The translations under genes were made by a program, and so were the position numbers. From assembly GCA_052426225.1 (NCBI GenBank), contig JBNJNM010000009.1, forward strand, positions 62,001 to 126,000: a stretch of 64,000 bases of DNA, given 5' to 3'. Each line of letters begins with the position of its first letter. The stretch's first letter is position 1. The notes under the pieces were generated by a model. That model saw only the letters and a list, made by a program, of their open reading frames with translations, was not told the origin of the DNA and ran no database searches. The stretch is from Zancudomyces culisetae HAW-14-8 (taxonomy: Eukaryota; Fungi; Kickxellomycota). Shown piece after piece: positions 1 through 11,786 of the stretch.

Positions 1-389
1 TTGGGGGCAGTACCCATTGACACCCATTTAATTGAAAGTGGACCAGACTTGAGATCTTCTGGGAAATTCCACATACCAATTTGTAAAAACCTGGTATTTA
101 CTGTACACACACCTCTGCAGTCGTTTTCTCTGCATACCAACATTCCTCCTGATCTATTCGTGGGATTAAGAAATTGCGCTGAGGTGCCCTGCTTAATGTT
201 ATAACACTTGTGTTTTCTCATTTGGAAGTCGTTTATTACATCTCCTGAAAAGCGGTAGCCTGAGAATACTTTAACGTGTAAGGTTGGTCGAGAGTACCCA
301 TGATGGCGATGACGGCAATGGCCTGATACTAGCAGGGTTTGAGTAGCTGACAGAAGCTGGATGGCCAATGTATAACTTGAAATGCGCAT
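1..389 (-). CDS. Small secreted Cys-rich protein, beta/gamma-crystallin/MiAMP1-like pattern (3' end runs off the window)
   Basis: Hand translation from ATG at 389 is open to the window edge: MRISSYTLAIQLLSATQTLLVSGHCRHRHHGYSRPTLHVKVFSGYRFSGDVINDFQMRKHKCYNIKQGTSAQFLNPTNRSGGMLVCRENDCRGVCTVNTRFLQIGMWNFPEDLKSGPLSIKWVSMGTAP. It has a signal-peptide-like N-terminus and aligns with ORF 12660-13130 (KCY...G..L.C.E..C.GVC...S..W). Confidence 0.85.
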   Translation of the reverse strand, partial: MRISSYTLAIQLLSATQTLLVSGHCRHRHHGYSRPTLHVKVFSGYRFSGDVINDFQMRKHKCYNIKQGTSAQFLNPTNRSGGMLVCRENDCRGVCTVNTRFLQIGMWNFPEDLKSGPLSIKWVSMGTAP

Positions 390-2154
390 TTTTAGAGATT
401 TTCTTTTTCAGTAATAAACTTTGTGGCTATTTTGGTCTAGTTTTATCTATTTTAGCTGAGTTTGCAGTTTCAAATTAGGGCTTTATCTATCACTATTTAT
501 ACATTTTAAAGAACTAAACATTTGTAATTCTAGTAAAGTAATACTTTTAGTAGACTTGTCTTACAGTATATCTTATTTGTAATAGGTGTGCTGATCAAAA
601 TCATGTAGATCAAATACTAGGCAAAATTATTATAGATCGTACAATATACTGTAAGTTCAAACTTCTAGGTATATTTTATTTAACAATTAAAATGATATAG
701 ATTAATTATTAGCGAAAAAGTAAATAGACTATTGAAAAAGGAATATAAAAAAATAAAAATCTAGAAATAAAGTAGAAGAATAGTAAAATACTTCTTATCA
801 CCTCCAGTGTCAGCAGAGTATCTCTACTAGAGTGCGATAAGTCGTAGTCTAGAAACAAAGTTTTAATTTATATTTTGAAATTTTGATTGGGTGTTTGGAA
901 TAGATATTCCCAAATATTCCATCACTTTTCATATCTGAGCCATAATTTTAGTTTTAGGTAACTAAATAGTCTACTGGTTTATTTCAATATTAATACCAGC
1001 TAGACATGTCTGATAAAATAATGAACTAATAGATTCTAGATGTACGAAAATCAATTAATCTAGTTATAGTATAACGAAAACTTCTAGACAGGTTGAGCAG
1101 CACAAAGGTATCATCTTTAGATTTGCAATATATTAAAATTTTGCATCCGTATATCTCTTGGTATAATTTTTGAATATCGCCAATTTCTGACTAGAAGGAT
1201 AAGCTCTTGATATTATTTTAAAGCTTTCTAGAGTTAAAATGATGAACAGGAATGTTCTAGTACAAAGTAATAACTCCGTTTACAATATTGTTGTAGTTGA
1301 AAGTATATATACTTATAGAGTATAATTATAGTTTGTTTGAATATTAATTATAGTGGACAGGGCTTCTAGTGCATTTCAAGTAGATTCGATAAATATACTC
1401 TTACGAATAGTGTATTTGATTTGACAAAATTCAAACCGAAGCTAAAAATTGAGCTTTATTAGTGAACACTGATAAAAAATAAATGTTTTAAATACCTAAA
1501 ACTGTTTTGTATTAGCCAAGCTTAACTATAATTTGGTCAACCAAACCATTTAACACACCAACGCAACTAGAATGTTCTAGATATTTTTGACTAGAGATAA
1601 AATTTAATTAACGAAAATACCATATTATGTTACACTTTCAAATTCTACTTCTGTTTGTTTAGTGTATTTTTACATCGTCAAGTGAATATAGGTATGTTTT
1701 TATTGTTATACTATACCTAAATTTAAAAAAAAGTAGTGTAAATACTCTACTTTTCAGCTTATTGAAGAGATAGAATACATATTAAAGCGCAAGAAATACA
1801 AAATTTGGTTTAGATTTGGATTTTTAGTGAAACGACGCTAGCGCGAGTAAAATCATGTAGCCTACATAATAATTCAGATCTAGACAAGATAAATACGAAT
1901 TTATTAAATATTAAAGTTGAGTTTCTCTGATATCAATAATTTAATTTAGGTTTATTACTTTCTACTATTTGAGTGTGAGATCCACTATTTAATTAAAATT
2001 ATTTTATACTAAGTGCAACATCCCAAAACCAAGTAAAACAGCACCAGAGTACACCGATATAGTGTTTTCATATCAACCTATATCAGAATCATCAAAAAGG
2101 CATGTCAATATTTTAATTTGAATGTGAAAACAACAGATAGACAAAGTGAATATA

Positions 2155-2396
2155 CTAAATAAAATAAAAGTAAAAAGATACAGGTTGTTGAGCGAGTACG
2201 GTCTGATACTCGCCTGTTATCGGGTTTTTCATTAGCAAAAAGGCTTGATCAGCAAGCTCTCTAAATGAGTCATGTGACTCTCTGGAATCCACGTCCATAT
2301 TGGTGGCTCCAGAGCAATCACTGTCTGATGAATAACAACCTTCATCTTTGGCCTGTGTATCCACGCTAATCTCAGTCTATGCATAAGACCTGACAT
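2155..2396 (-). pseudogene. Frameshifted paralog of ORF 4055-4288 (MSGLM family; unknown protein or gag-like remnant)
   Basis: ATG at 2396 gives MSGLMHRLRLAWIHR. A 1-nt deletion then shifts into the frame KDEGCYSSDSDCSGATNMDVDS...MKNP, which matches MSGLMGHLRAAMIQRFKDEGRYSSDSDRSEATSME...MRNP. Confidence 0.7.
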
Positions 2397-3990
2397 ATTA
2401 ATTGAGATTTTAATTTTTAAAGTATTATAAGCTTAACTAGCCGTAGCACTATTATCTTTTTTTGTTATAACTAAAAATAATATTTTTTCCATTTGAAAAT
2501 ATTCTTTCTTTATTTTCTCTTACACTTAAAAATATTAACTACTAAAAGAGCTAAGGAATCCTCATTGAGTATTCCTTCGCTTATATATATCTTATTTAAT
2601 TAAACCCACTAAAACTAATTCAATCACCCTATTTTTAATACTTGTTATACAGAGTTTTTACCTGTGGTTTCGTTATTATATTCGTTTTCTTACTCTTGTT
2701 GTTCATAATTTGAATGTTGAGTTACTATAACCTTTTTAATTGTATTTTTCATTTTATAATTTTTTTTTGATTAAACAGTTTTTTCCAATTCGCTAAATAG
2801 TATTGCAATATTAGTGATCAGCTTTAATTTCCTTTTGTTGATGATCATGTAGCAAATATAATATATAATTTTATTAATGAATCCCTATTTACATCGGGAT
2901 ACACACAACTTATTTTAATTTATACAATTTCTATTAGTTTTTTAAAAAAAAATATTATTAAATAAACATCAATCAAACAAAGATTAAATTATAGTTTAAA
3001 ATGGATAGCAAGAAGAGTATAAAAACTAATGCTAGTAGAAAAGAATTCAATTGACAAAATAATGTTGAGTACACAGAAAAATCACATTTAGGCTTCTTCA
3101 CTCATAAAAACTAGAGTTTGGAGTCTCCATAGATTTATTAATTATATTTTAATAATAATGTTTTAATAAAACACAAAATACATCAAACTCTTCAGTTATC
3201 TTGATTTCACGCTTTAATATCAAATAAAATTATATTGATAAAAGTAATAACTTAATCATTACTTTCTAGTACAATTTTGTATTTTCTATATTCCATTTAG
3301 GTACAAAATAACTAAAAATAATGTTTAACCCAAGTGTAAATGATTAATGCAAAAAAGTGAAACTATGCAGCAATAAAAGAGTTATGAACATTAGACGAGT
3401 GATTTTCATCAGTTTATGGGAATGACCAGTAAACTGAATTTACAAGACCACCAATTCCATACTGCATATTGTCGTGTGTTCTGGGTTGAATTCCAACTTA
3501 ATCCGATTTCTTGGGAATATATAAATATTCAAAGGAAATTATTCAATTATCTAAAAATGAAATGAATTTTATTTAACCATTAACAATCAAAAATATGAAG
3601 ATTATTTCTGATCATAAAATAAAGGAAATAGTCAGATCAAAAATCCAAGAGAAAAATTACAAAATGAAATAAAGACATAAGAATTTATTATTATTAGTAT
3701 ATTTAATTAAATTAAAGAGTATTAAATCGACTATGAAAAATGAGTCAAACTATGAGGACGAACACAAAGCATATTATGAAGAGATAGCGGATATATTAAA
3801 TATTAATAGGATAAGATTAGTAATAGTTTTAAAATTAACAATTAACATATATAAAAGCCAAAGAGATCTCAGTAGGAGTCTCTTTAGCTCTTTTAGTAGT
3901 TTAAAACATATTCACAAAAGTAAGAAATAAAGACATTGAACAAGAAGGATTCTGTTTAATACAAGTTTATTGAAAATTAATATAATCATA

Positions 3991-4007
3991 TAATAGTGCT
4001 ACGGCTA
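3991..4007 (+). promoter_or_regulatory. Conserved 17-mer TAATAGTGCTACGGCTA upstream of both MSGLM ORFs
   Basis: Exact reverse complement at 2438-2454; both copies lie about 40-50 nt upstream of the ATG. Confidence 0.6.
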
Positions 4008-4054
4008 AAAGTTTAAAATAGTAAAAGATAAAAGTTTAAAATTACTAAAATCTC

Positions 4055-4288
4055 ATGTCAGGTCTTATGGGTCATCTGCGCGCTGCCATGATCCAGAGAT
4101 TCAAGGATGAGGGGCGGTACTCCTCGGATAGTGATCGTTCCGAAGCTACTTCTATGGAAATAGAACCGGAAGCGTCACGTGATCCATTCTCTTTTCTTGA
4201 AGGAGTGGTTCAAAGAGAGATGGATTCCATGAGAAACCCGACTAAGGAGCGTGGCCAGTCCAGCCACGTCCGACACATCTCAAGGTAA
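4055..4288 (+). CDS. Hypothetical small protein (MSGLM family), possibly first exon or retroelement gag start
   Basis: 77-aa ORF, GC-richer than its flanks, with an upstream TATATAAAA (~3848) and a paralog on the opposite strand at 2155-2396. Confidence 0.5.
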   Translation: MSGLMGHLRAAMIQRFKDEGRYSSDSDRSEATSMEIEPEASRDPFSFLEGVVQREMDSMRNPTKERGQSSHVRHISR

Positions 4289-5567
4289 ACAATTTCGTTA
4301 ATCCAATTTGAAATTTCTTGGCCAAGTCGAGAATGAGAGATATTAGGATATTTTAATGAGGTGTTACATTTCTGAACTTGTAGTAATTGTAGCTCAAAAA
4401 TAGGCTAAAATTTTATTGGTTTGGCATTAAAAATTTATACGCTGAGGAATATAAATGGTATAACTAGGATTTCATTGTTCCTAGTGGTGTGAAAATGTGG
4501 ATCAACTTTAAATAGTATATCACCGTCCTAGACAGTGTGGCAGCCAAACAGTGTACATGTCTTAACAGGAAAGTTTAATTAAACCTATGTATTAATATTA
4601 TCTGCTTTGTATAATCTTTGGCTATCGCAATTGCTGAGTTTGAAGAAAATATGAAATTTCTATTCTTTTGAGTTCTAAAGTAAAGAGGATCAACGGAACA
4701 TGATCTAGTCACAATAGCAACTTTTATAATTTACTGCTTTTTGTATGTGATTAGTCTATAAAACCTATATTTGAGCACAGTTTTTCAAAAAAGAACTTAT
4801 AAAAGTTTGTAACTATGGTTAGTAAGAAAAATTAAAAGTTGGAGATACGAATACGCTGGTGCATTTCAAAATGATTCTATATTTTAATTTATTTTAATAA
4901 TATGGTTTTTCATAATTAATAGAAACTAAAGTTTAGACTTGATTGGTACATCCGATTATTAAAATGAGTGGTTTGACTATCAAAACCTGTTCTGGAATAG
5001 CCAAAGTTAAATGTTTACTCAATCCAGCTATCGTTTATGTCGTGTTAACACTGACAGGATAATTTACTAATTTTATGATATTTAGTCTAAGTATAATTAT
5101 AGAAATGTGCTATTCTATAGCTTTTTCATATTTTACTAGATTTATTTCTCACACTCTCATACCGCCAAGTAAGTGAAAAATAATTATTTCTTGTTGAGTG
5201 ATAGCTAAATTTGAATTCTGTAATCTATCTACTTTATTTTTCTGTTTTTTAACACATAAGGAATAAACAGTAAACGATTGAATATAATATTTATACCAAT
5301 TTTATTTCAAAAAACATCTTTAATAAACTATAAAAGTAATCAGAGTAGATTGAACATATGTTTGTATGTCAAACCACAAAAGAAATTAGTAAGATTTGAG
5401 AAATGCATTTTATGTATTTGGAAAATAACTATTTGCAAACTAAATTTTACTCAGTACTAAGTTTACAACCAACGAATGATTAGAACTTTAATTTTAAACT
5501 TTTAGAGTCTGTAAGTGTACATTGATGTTATTTTCATTTATAAAATTTAACTATTAATACTAGATTA

Positions 5568-5950
5568 GTGAGTTTTAATGCTCTAAATAGAAATATTTTT
5601 CATAATTATGCGAACAACCAGTACAATTACACGTCTATCATCCTAATTATATATAGAATATTTTTATCTAGATACTGTTTTAAATAGATAAAACAACAAA
5701 TCGATAATAAACGAATTAAACTTTAGAATCTTTATTCATTTGATGTATGAAATGACAGACAAAAAAATACAGTTTTATAAAAAATTAGCCTAACAAATAA
5801 AATAATCTTAAGCCGTATGTATATTGATTTTTGATTTCTGCGATACTGATAATAATTTGATTTGACTATAATGAGTATTTATGAGAATATTAATATTTGG
5901 ATGTTCGCATAATAGTAATAGGTTTTCATTTGACTAGACTATATACATTA
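5568..5950. mobile_element. Degenerate MITE copy (same family as 11787-12207)
   Basis: TIR remnants attatgcgaacaaccag (~5605) and ggatgttcgcataatagtaataggttttcattt (~5899-5931). Internal homology, e.g. ttagaatctttattcatttgatgtatgaaatgacagac vs ttagaaactttatacgtaatgatgtgtgtaatgacagac. Confidence 0.75.
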
Positions 5951-6183
5951 GTGTTTAGCTAAAGTAAACTCGCAAGCACATCAAGAGTGTTTTTTGTCAA
6001 ATGCTATAGTAATACTGTGTATTATCAAAACCTAATCAAGGGTATAATGCTAATGTTATGTTTCAACTTTTCTCTTTTATGTATTGCTTTTATTTTTTGG
6101 AACGTTTATAAACATTTTTATCTTTACTTTATTTAATTAACTATTGACCAAAGCAACAAAACAATATGTAATACTCTAAATTA

Positions 6184-7863
6184 TTAACAAATCTTAAAGT
6201 ACAACCCCTTGTTTATGCAAAAATCGCTAAGGGATGTATAGTGAGAGAATGCGGGTTGTCCGTGTTCATTTCTTTTAACAGAATAATTGGCATGCACCTC
6301 GTATTTTCTAATTATCATCGCCAACATCAGCTTCATAAGTGCAGCTGCATATATTCTTGCTAGACAGACCCGATTTCCAGCACCCCACATTAAATTAGCC
6401 AACGAAGCATCTGTTAGTTTCAGCCCAAGACGAATGTGTCGCTTGTAGTCGAATTCATTCGCATTTGGTCCAAATATTTCGGGATCCCTATTATGTCCCT
6501 GAATGTTAAAACTCACATATTGATGTTTAGAAATACTCACGCCATTAGACATCACTACTTCCTGGGTCGTGCAACGGGGCATGAATGGATCCGATCCCGA
6601 AAGCCTGATTGTTTCTTTAATGAACGCATCCAAGTACACCATTTCGTCCAACATTTCAAATGGAATATGGTTTTTACCACTATTTTTTTCAATAAGCTCA
6701 TTTTGTTCCTGCAGCAACTCTTTGTAGACGTCAGGCCTTAAGCTAAGTTCTACTAATAGGTTGAATATCCGTCTTGATGCCACTTCCACACCAACCGCTA
6801 CAATTGTCTGTATACAATACGCTACACTCGTTAGCTCCGCTTGGAAAATGCTAAAATTGTCTGTAAAAAATTGTATTATATCAGTTGGTTTACTATATTC
6901 GGGAAGGTATTTTCTGCGGCTCGACTCAAGTTCAAAATACTCATAAAAGTAGTTATTGCCCAAATACCCCGCAGTAAATAGTGTTGAAAAAAACTCTTGA
7001 TTATTTACGTTTCCAAGCCTGGTCGGCTTCGTCACTTTCTTCAAGCTTTCAATCAAATTTCTGTCTCTTATTGCATATGGGCCTAAAAATCTAAATATTA
7101 TAGCAAATTTAACCATACTTTTTACTGTTTCATACAAATTGTCAACCACAACCTCATTTCCATTATACATGCTTCCAGATGATATAATCTCTCTCCTGAT
7201 TACTTGTTCCAGGGTCGGTTGGATTGCCTCCATCGATTCGTTTAAATCAACATATGACAGAAAATATAACAAGTATCTGCTGTATAGAATATCATTCACG
7301 TGCATTCCTCTGGCTAATATTGTGTATTTGTGGTGATTTTTTAGGAAAGCCCGATTCTTATTAAATATCGTCTCTGGATGCTTTACATATTCTGATGAAA
7401 ACCTTCCACCAATCAAAATACTTCTTCCTTGCTCCGAATTAACTATACACAGACTTTGGTTCATGTGCTTCCCATAAACCTTACCTTTGCCTTTGCATCC
7501 CTTCGAAGAGTTACTGCTAATACCAGCCTCCATGCATTTTACTTTTTTTAAACCATAGGGCACGGCTAGTTCCTTTAGTGTTTTTCTGATTGTTGCTGAT
7601 AATTGGTAGCAAAAAAGGCAAAGTAAAACCACGTTCTTAATAAAAATCAGTATTTCTTGTAGCCATTGATCCGAGACGATGTATTTTAATAGCCATTTTA
7701 TATCACACACCAATAATGGTAGGTAGAGTAGATTTGTCAGTATGTGTCTATATTCGCTCTCAGTTACAAACAACACAAGGTCGTCAACAAACTGTATTGA
7801 AAATAATACACTCAGAATATAGTCGTGTACGTAAAAACCCAACCCCAGAACTGACCTTTCCAT
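6184..7863 (-). CDS. Cytochrome P450
   Basis: 559 aa, intronless. ExxR motif (KETIR), heme motif WGAGNRVC, hydrophobic N-terminal anchor. Confidence 0.92.
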   Translation of the reverse strand: MERSVLGLGFYVHDYILSVLFSIQFVDDLVLFVTESEYRHILTNLLYLPLLVCDIKWLLKYIVSDQWLQEILIFIKNVVLLCLFCYQLSATIRKTLKELAVPYGLKKVKCMEAGISSNSSKGCKGKGKVYGKHMNQSLCIVNSEQGRSILIGGRFSSEYVKHPETIFNKNRAFLKNHHKYTILARGMHVNDILYSRYLLYFLSYVDLNESMEAIQPTLEQVIRREIISSGSMYNGNEVVVDNLYETVKSMVKFAIIFRFLGPYAIRDRNLIESLKKVTKPTRLGNVNNQEFFSTLFTAGYLGNNYFYEYFELESSRRKYLPEYSKPTDIIQFFTDNFSIFQAELTSVAYCIQTIVAVGVEVASRRIFNLLVELSLRPDVYKELLQEQNELIEKNSGKNHIPFEMLDEMVYLDAFIKETIRLSGSDPFMPRCTTQEVVMSNGVSISKHQYVSFNIQGHNRDPEIFGPNANEFDYKRHIRLGLKLTDASLANLMWGAGNRVCLARIYAAALMKLMLAMIIRKYEVHANYSVKRNEHGQPAFSHYTSLSDFCINKGLYFKIC

Positions 7864-10143
7864 TCTACTTTGATTGCTGTTGTCTATATACCTACTAGAA
7901 AATTTTTTAAGAAAAAAATAATTTATTAAATTTAAAAGAATGTCCCTTGTTTGAAGCCTAGAGATAGTATGATACCTTTTTGTTTGAAATGAAAACTTGA
8001 TAATTTCCTTATTATATTGCTTTTATATTATTTTTTACTTTACTTAAATTTGATTTTTTCTATTTACTAGTATCATCAGCGGTTCGTTTAAATCAGCTAG
8101 TCAATTGGAATTTGCTGATGTATTCCCTTTCCCAATTCCTTCAAATGGAAGCTTAACCGGAGTTATAGTATAATTGATTTTTAATCTGTTTAGATTTTAA
8201 CTTGCTTTGTTTTTTTTATACATTAGCTAATACCTCATTAAATTATGTTTTTAGTTAATTATCACCACTAATCAAGAAAAGTAAAAATAAGAACATATGA
8301 AAAAAAATTTTATTTCCAAAATTCCCTATATTTCATTAAATCTACTAATATTTTGTCAAGTAATATATATTTAATAGTACTACATTATATAATTGTATAT
8401 TGTATGGTTACCTACTATTAATTTTTTGTTATACTAATTTCTACAGATCCGAATGTAAAGGTGATATCAAGTAGTAAATCCCATGATTTAATCATATTTA
8501 CGAGAAAAATATGCGAAAATGTGAAAAATTAATTCATATAAACTGGCATGTAATGTGATGTTAAAAGATAATAATTATTTATGGTGTTCGAAATCCAAAA
8601 ATTACTTGAATTTTTTAAATTAGATAATTTTATTCCTGTTTAGGATAATTGTATAAATTATTATCATTTTTCCTCCAAGAAAAAGGGCAAGTAAAGTAGG
8701 AGGTAAATGATTACAGTTAATTTACCAAATAAAGACTAAGCAATATAGCTTCCATAACTTTTCTTGCTCTCCCCCCTGTAAATAACCTGCAAATCAAAAT
8801 TAGCTATTAAAGCTTAAAAAAGAACAATCTAAAAACTTTTGTACTCTTGGTTTTTCGACTTGCTGCTTACCACTTAAATTAAGATAATTGAAACAGAAAA
8901 GTTCTCAAAAAAGCTACATTGTGAATTTAATTATAATTTATCAGTTCATCAATCGTTTTGGACAGGTTCCATTACCCTTGTGGCACAGCTGAAGCTTGAC
9001 AGCTCATGTTTCAAAAATTTTATTCTAGCTGATAATTCATGTCGTTTAAAGGCTGCTGAGACCGACGAGGTCTCGACTATTGAAAAAATAGTTATTATTA
9101 TCAGGTTTTAATATCTTTAGCTTTTTTTTATAAAAGAATGGTGTGATATAAAGTCTAGTAATTATCAAAAAACATTTATTAGATAGATTGTAAAATTAAA
9201 AGGATTTAGAGCCGGATTTAATGAGACCAAAAATGGTTTTGTGATTTGTTAGAATCATCTACAGGTGATTTTTTTGCAAGAAATAATAAAAAAGGCGTCA
9301 CAAAGGGTTGAGAGAATGTCAAAATTTTCATAACCTAAGTTCAAACTGAGAAGTGAACGATACACAGATTGGCAAAACGCCTTTCCAAAATATGCAATAA
9401 TCGATTGTAAAAAGTAGACTACAAAGAAAAAGGGCTAGTCTCAAAAATCATCACAGGTCGAATATGAATAACATAACTGATTCGTTTGTAGCTCAGTTTC
9501 AAACATGCTAAATAATATTTCATTAACTAATCTTTTCTAATTCCATAGTTTTTTTTTGGTTCTAAATTCCTATTATCAAAGCTAAAGCATATAAACAAAA
9601 TATTAAGAATTAATTTATCAAACCATTTTACCCTATTTGCTATCACTAATTAAATTGGAGTTTATTATAAAAACCAAATGTTAACAACGTGGTATATATC
9701 TTTGGTGTTTCTTTCAATAAATGCCAAAGTTCTCAACCATAGCAGACAAAAAGTTGCTCGTACTACCTAAAGTATATATTTAAAATCTAGTAAAAGCTGT
9801 TGAGATTAAGAGCACTAACCTATACTCGCCGTTTCTCAGAGTTGTTAGCCTTAATTATTTTTTCTTGGAAAAATGAAAAGCAGTCTAACTAATTTAAATA
9901 AACTTTGACTCGTTATTTTATCGAGATTTGGCAAAGCTAGTGGGATTCCTTGCTTAATTTTGTTTAATTTAAAAGTGAGCTATCAAAGCTAGAAAGGTTT
10001 CATCAACCATTTTTAATTGCGCTTAGCGCTTTCCTCATCAAATACTCACTCAGTTCAACTATTTTATCCCCGAATTATCAACTTGTCAAATATTCAAGTT
10101 TGGTGCAAGAAATACTGCAAAACGTGAAAAACTGAAAGGAAAA

Positions 10144-11233
10144 ATGTCGTTCACGATTCTAAACAATAGTCCGGAATTCATAGCAGGTAGCCTAAGTAAT
10201 GAAAGCGACATGCCCAGGCATTCATTAAGTGATGTACGAATAAGACCAGCGTTTACAATTGCCAAGGAACCGCTTTCTGTATATATAACAGCAACACACC
10301 TAGTTATTTTATCAGATGCTCAAAACTCTGGATTTAACATTGCCTACGACTCTATTGCTTTGTACGCAAAATCATTAAAACAGGATAAAGTAGATTTCGA
10401 GAACGAAAATAATTTAGGCGATTGCATCTATTTACAACTAGAGCTCTCATTCTCATCCTCTGTTCTTAACAATGCTTCTCAAGAGGATTCCCACCTTTCA
10501 GGCAGCAGATAAAACATAAATGTCGAAAGTCTAAATGGCTCATACAATGAGAAAGAGAGTGCGGATGATTCCTGGGAACAAAATCTCGAGGAGGGAATTC
10601 AATTTTCTGAATTGTTTATTTTTCACCAGGATTTGAACAAGCGTAAGTCCACTTTTTATGTTGGTCGATTTTAATTTTTTTTATAGACTAGCAGAAAAAT
10701 ACAGTTTGAGCTTTCAATTGCTAAAATATGGAATACCATAATAGTTGATGAGCTCTACACTTCTTTATGCAAAGCAATATCCCTTCTTCCACCATTTTTT
10801 TCCGATCCCCAAGACCTTTTGGATTACCAGAATAACCAAGCATTTTCAGATACTTGTGCTCCAAATGATGATTTTTGTCAAGTCCAAAAAGATTCAGGTA
10901 TTGAGTATAATTATGAGTATGGGATGAAATCCTTAGTTCATAAAACAAACGATTCTTCAATAGGAGAAGGCGACTTGAACACAGATAGTGGTGATTCGTC
11001 TGTTTTAAAAATTTCACTTTTAGAAGTACTCAATGAAACTGAAGCCTCTTACTTTACCGATTCTTGTGATATCGATAAATTAACAGAGGCGGGGAAGGTA
11101 AGCATATATACTTTGTTCTCCTCAATTCATTTCCTGTAGTATCTTAAATAACTTTTTGGTGTGCACAGTTTATCGTGATACTTAGGCGACATTAGAACGG
11201 TTAAGTAACTTGCTGGACAAAGATAGTTCGTGA
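10144..11233 (+). CDS. pICln/LOT5-like methylosome subunit (Voldacs domain), 3 exons, with in-frame TAA at 10510-10512
   Basis: GFNIAYDSIALYA, CIYLQL, ELFIFHQD, LDELYTSLCKAISLLP and GKATLERL match pICln motifs. GT-AG introns at ~10643-10744 and ~11098-11185. Confidence 0.8.
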
Positions 11234-11786
11234 TTTGGCTTGATTTTTAAAAAAGAAAAAACACTAGCTCAGAATTCACAATCTAGCATTGTCTTATTTC
11301 GATACTGGCAGTAAAAGACGACTCAATGTATATTGTACCAGAGTTGCATCTTTTTATCTCCCTTTTTAGATGTGTAACATTTATATATGTTTATTCGGGA
11401 TAATCTTTTTGTTAGATCACATAATTTTTACTACTATTGTAGTGTATTTCTAATTCTAAATAATACATGAACCCTATTTATCTAACCTACATATATATAA
11501 ATATATATAAACAATCAACTACATTCCTAAAAGATTCAAAAGTCAAAAAAATCAAACGGTTTCAGATTCTGGTTTTCTGGTGTATTAAACGTGCAAAGTT
11601 AAATAGAAGAAAAAACAATACATACTTTCTAAACCTTTGGATGCTGTAGGTTTACTACAATGTTTGCCTCATATTTTAAATCTATCTTGCAAACTGGACA
11701 CATTTTGGATACATTATTTAGATACCAATCCGCACAACTTTGATGGAATGCATGTTTGCATGGTAAGTCTCTGACAAGGTCGGAAC

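Noticed and set aside
1-204. Plus-strand 67-aa ORF from the track
   Set aside because: Antisense shadow of the longer minus-strand secreted-protein ORF (1-389), which has a paralog.
9000-9480. Possible degraded coding/TE remnant (LRSERYTDWQNAFPKYAIIDCKK)
   Set aside because: Too short and interrupted by stops to assign to any family.
10510-10512. Alternative genetic code (TAA reassigned)
   Set aside because: Other genes in the window end normally at TAA and long ORFs have no internal stops; a single case does not support recoding.
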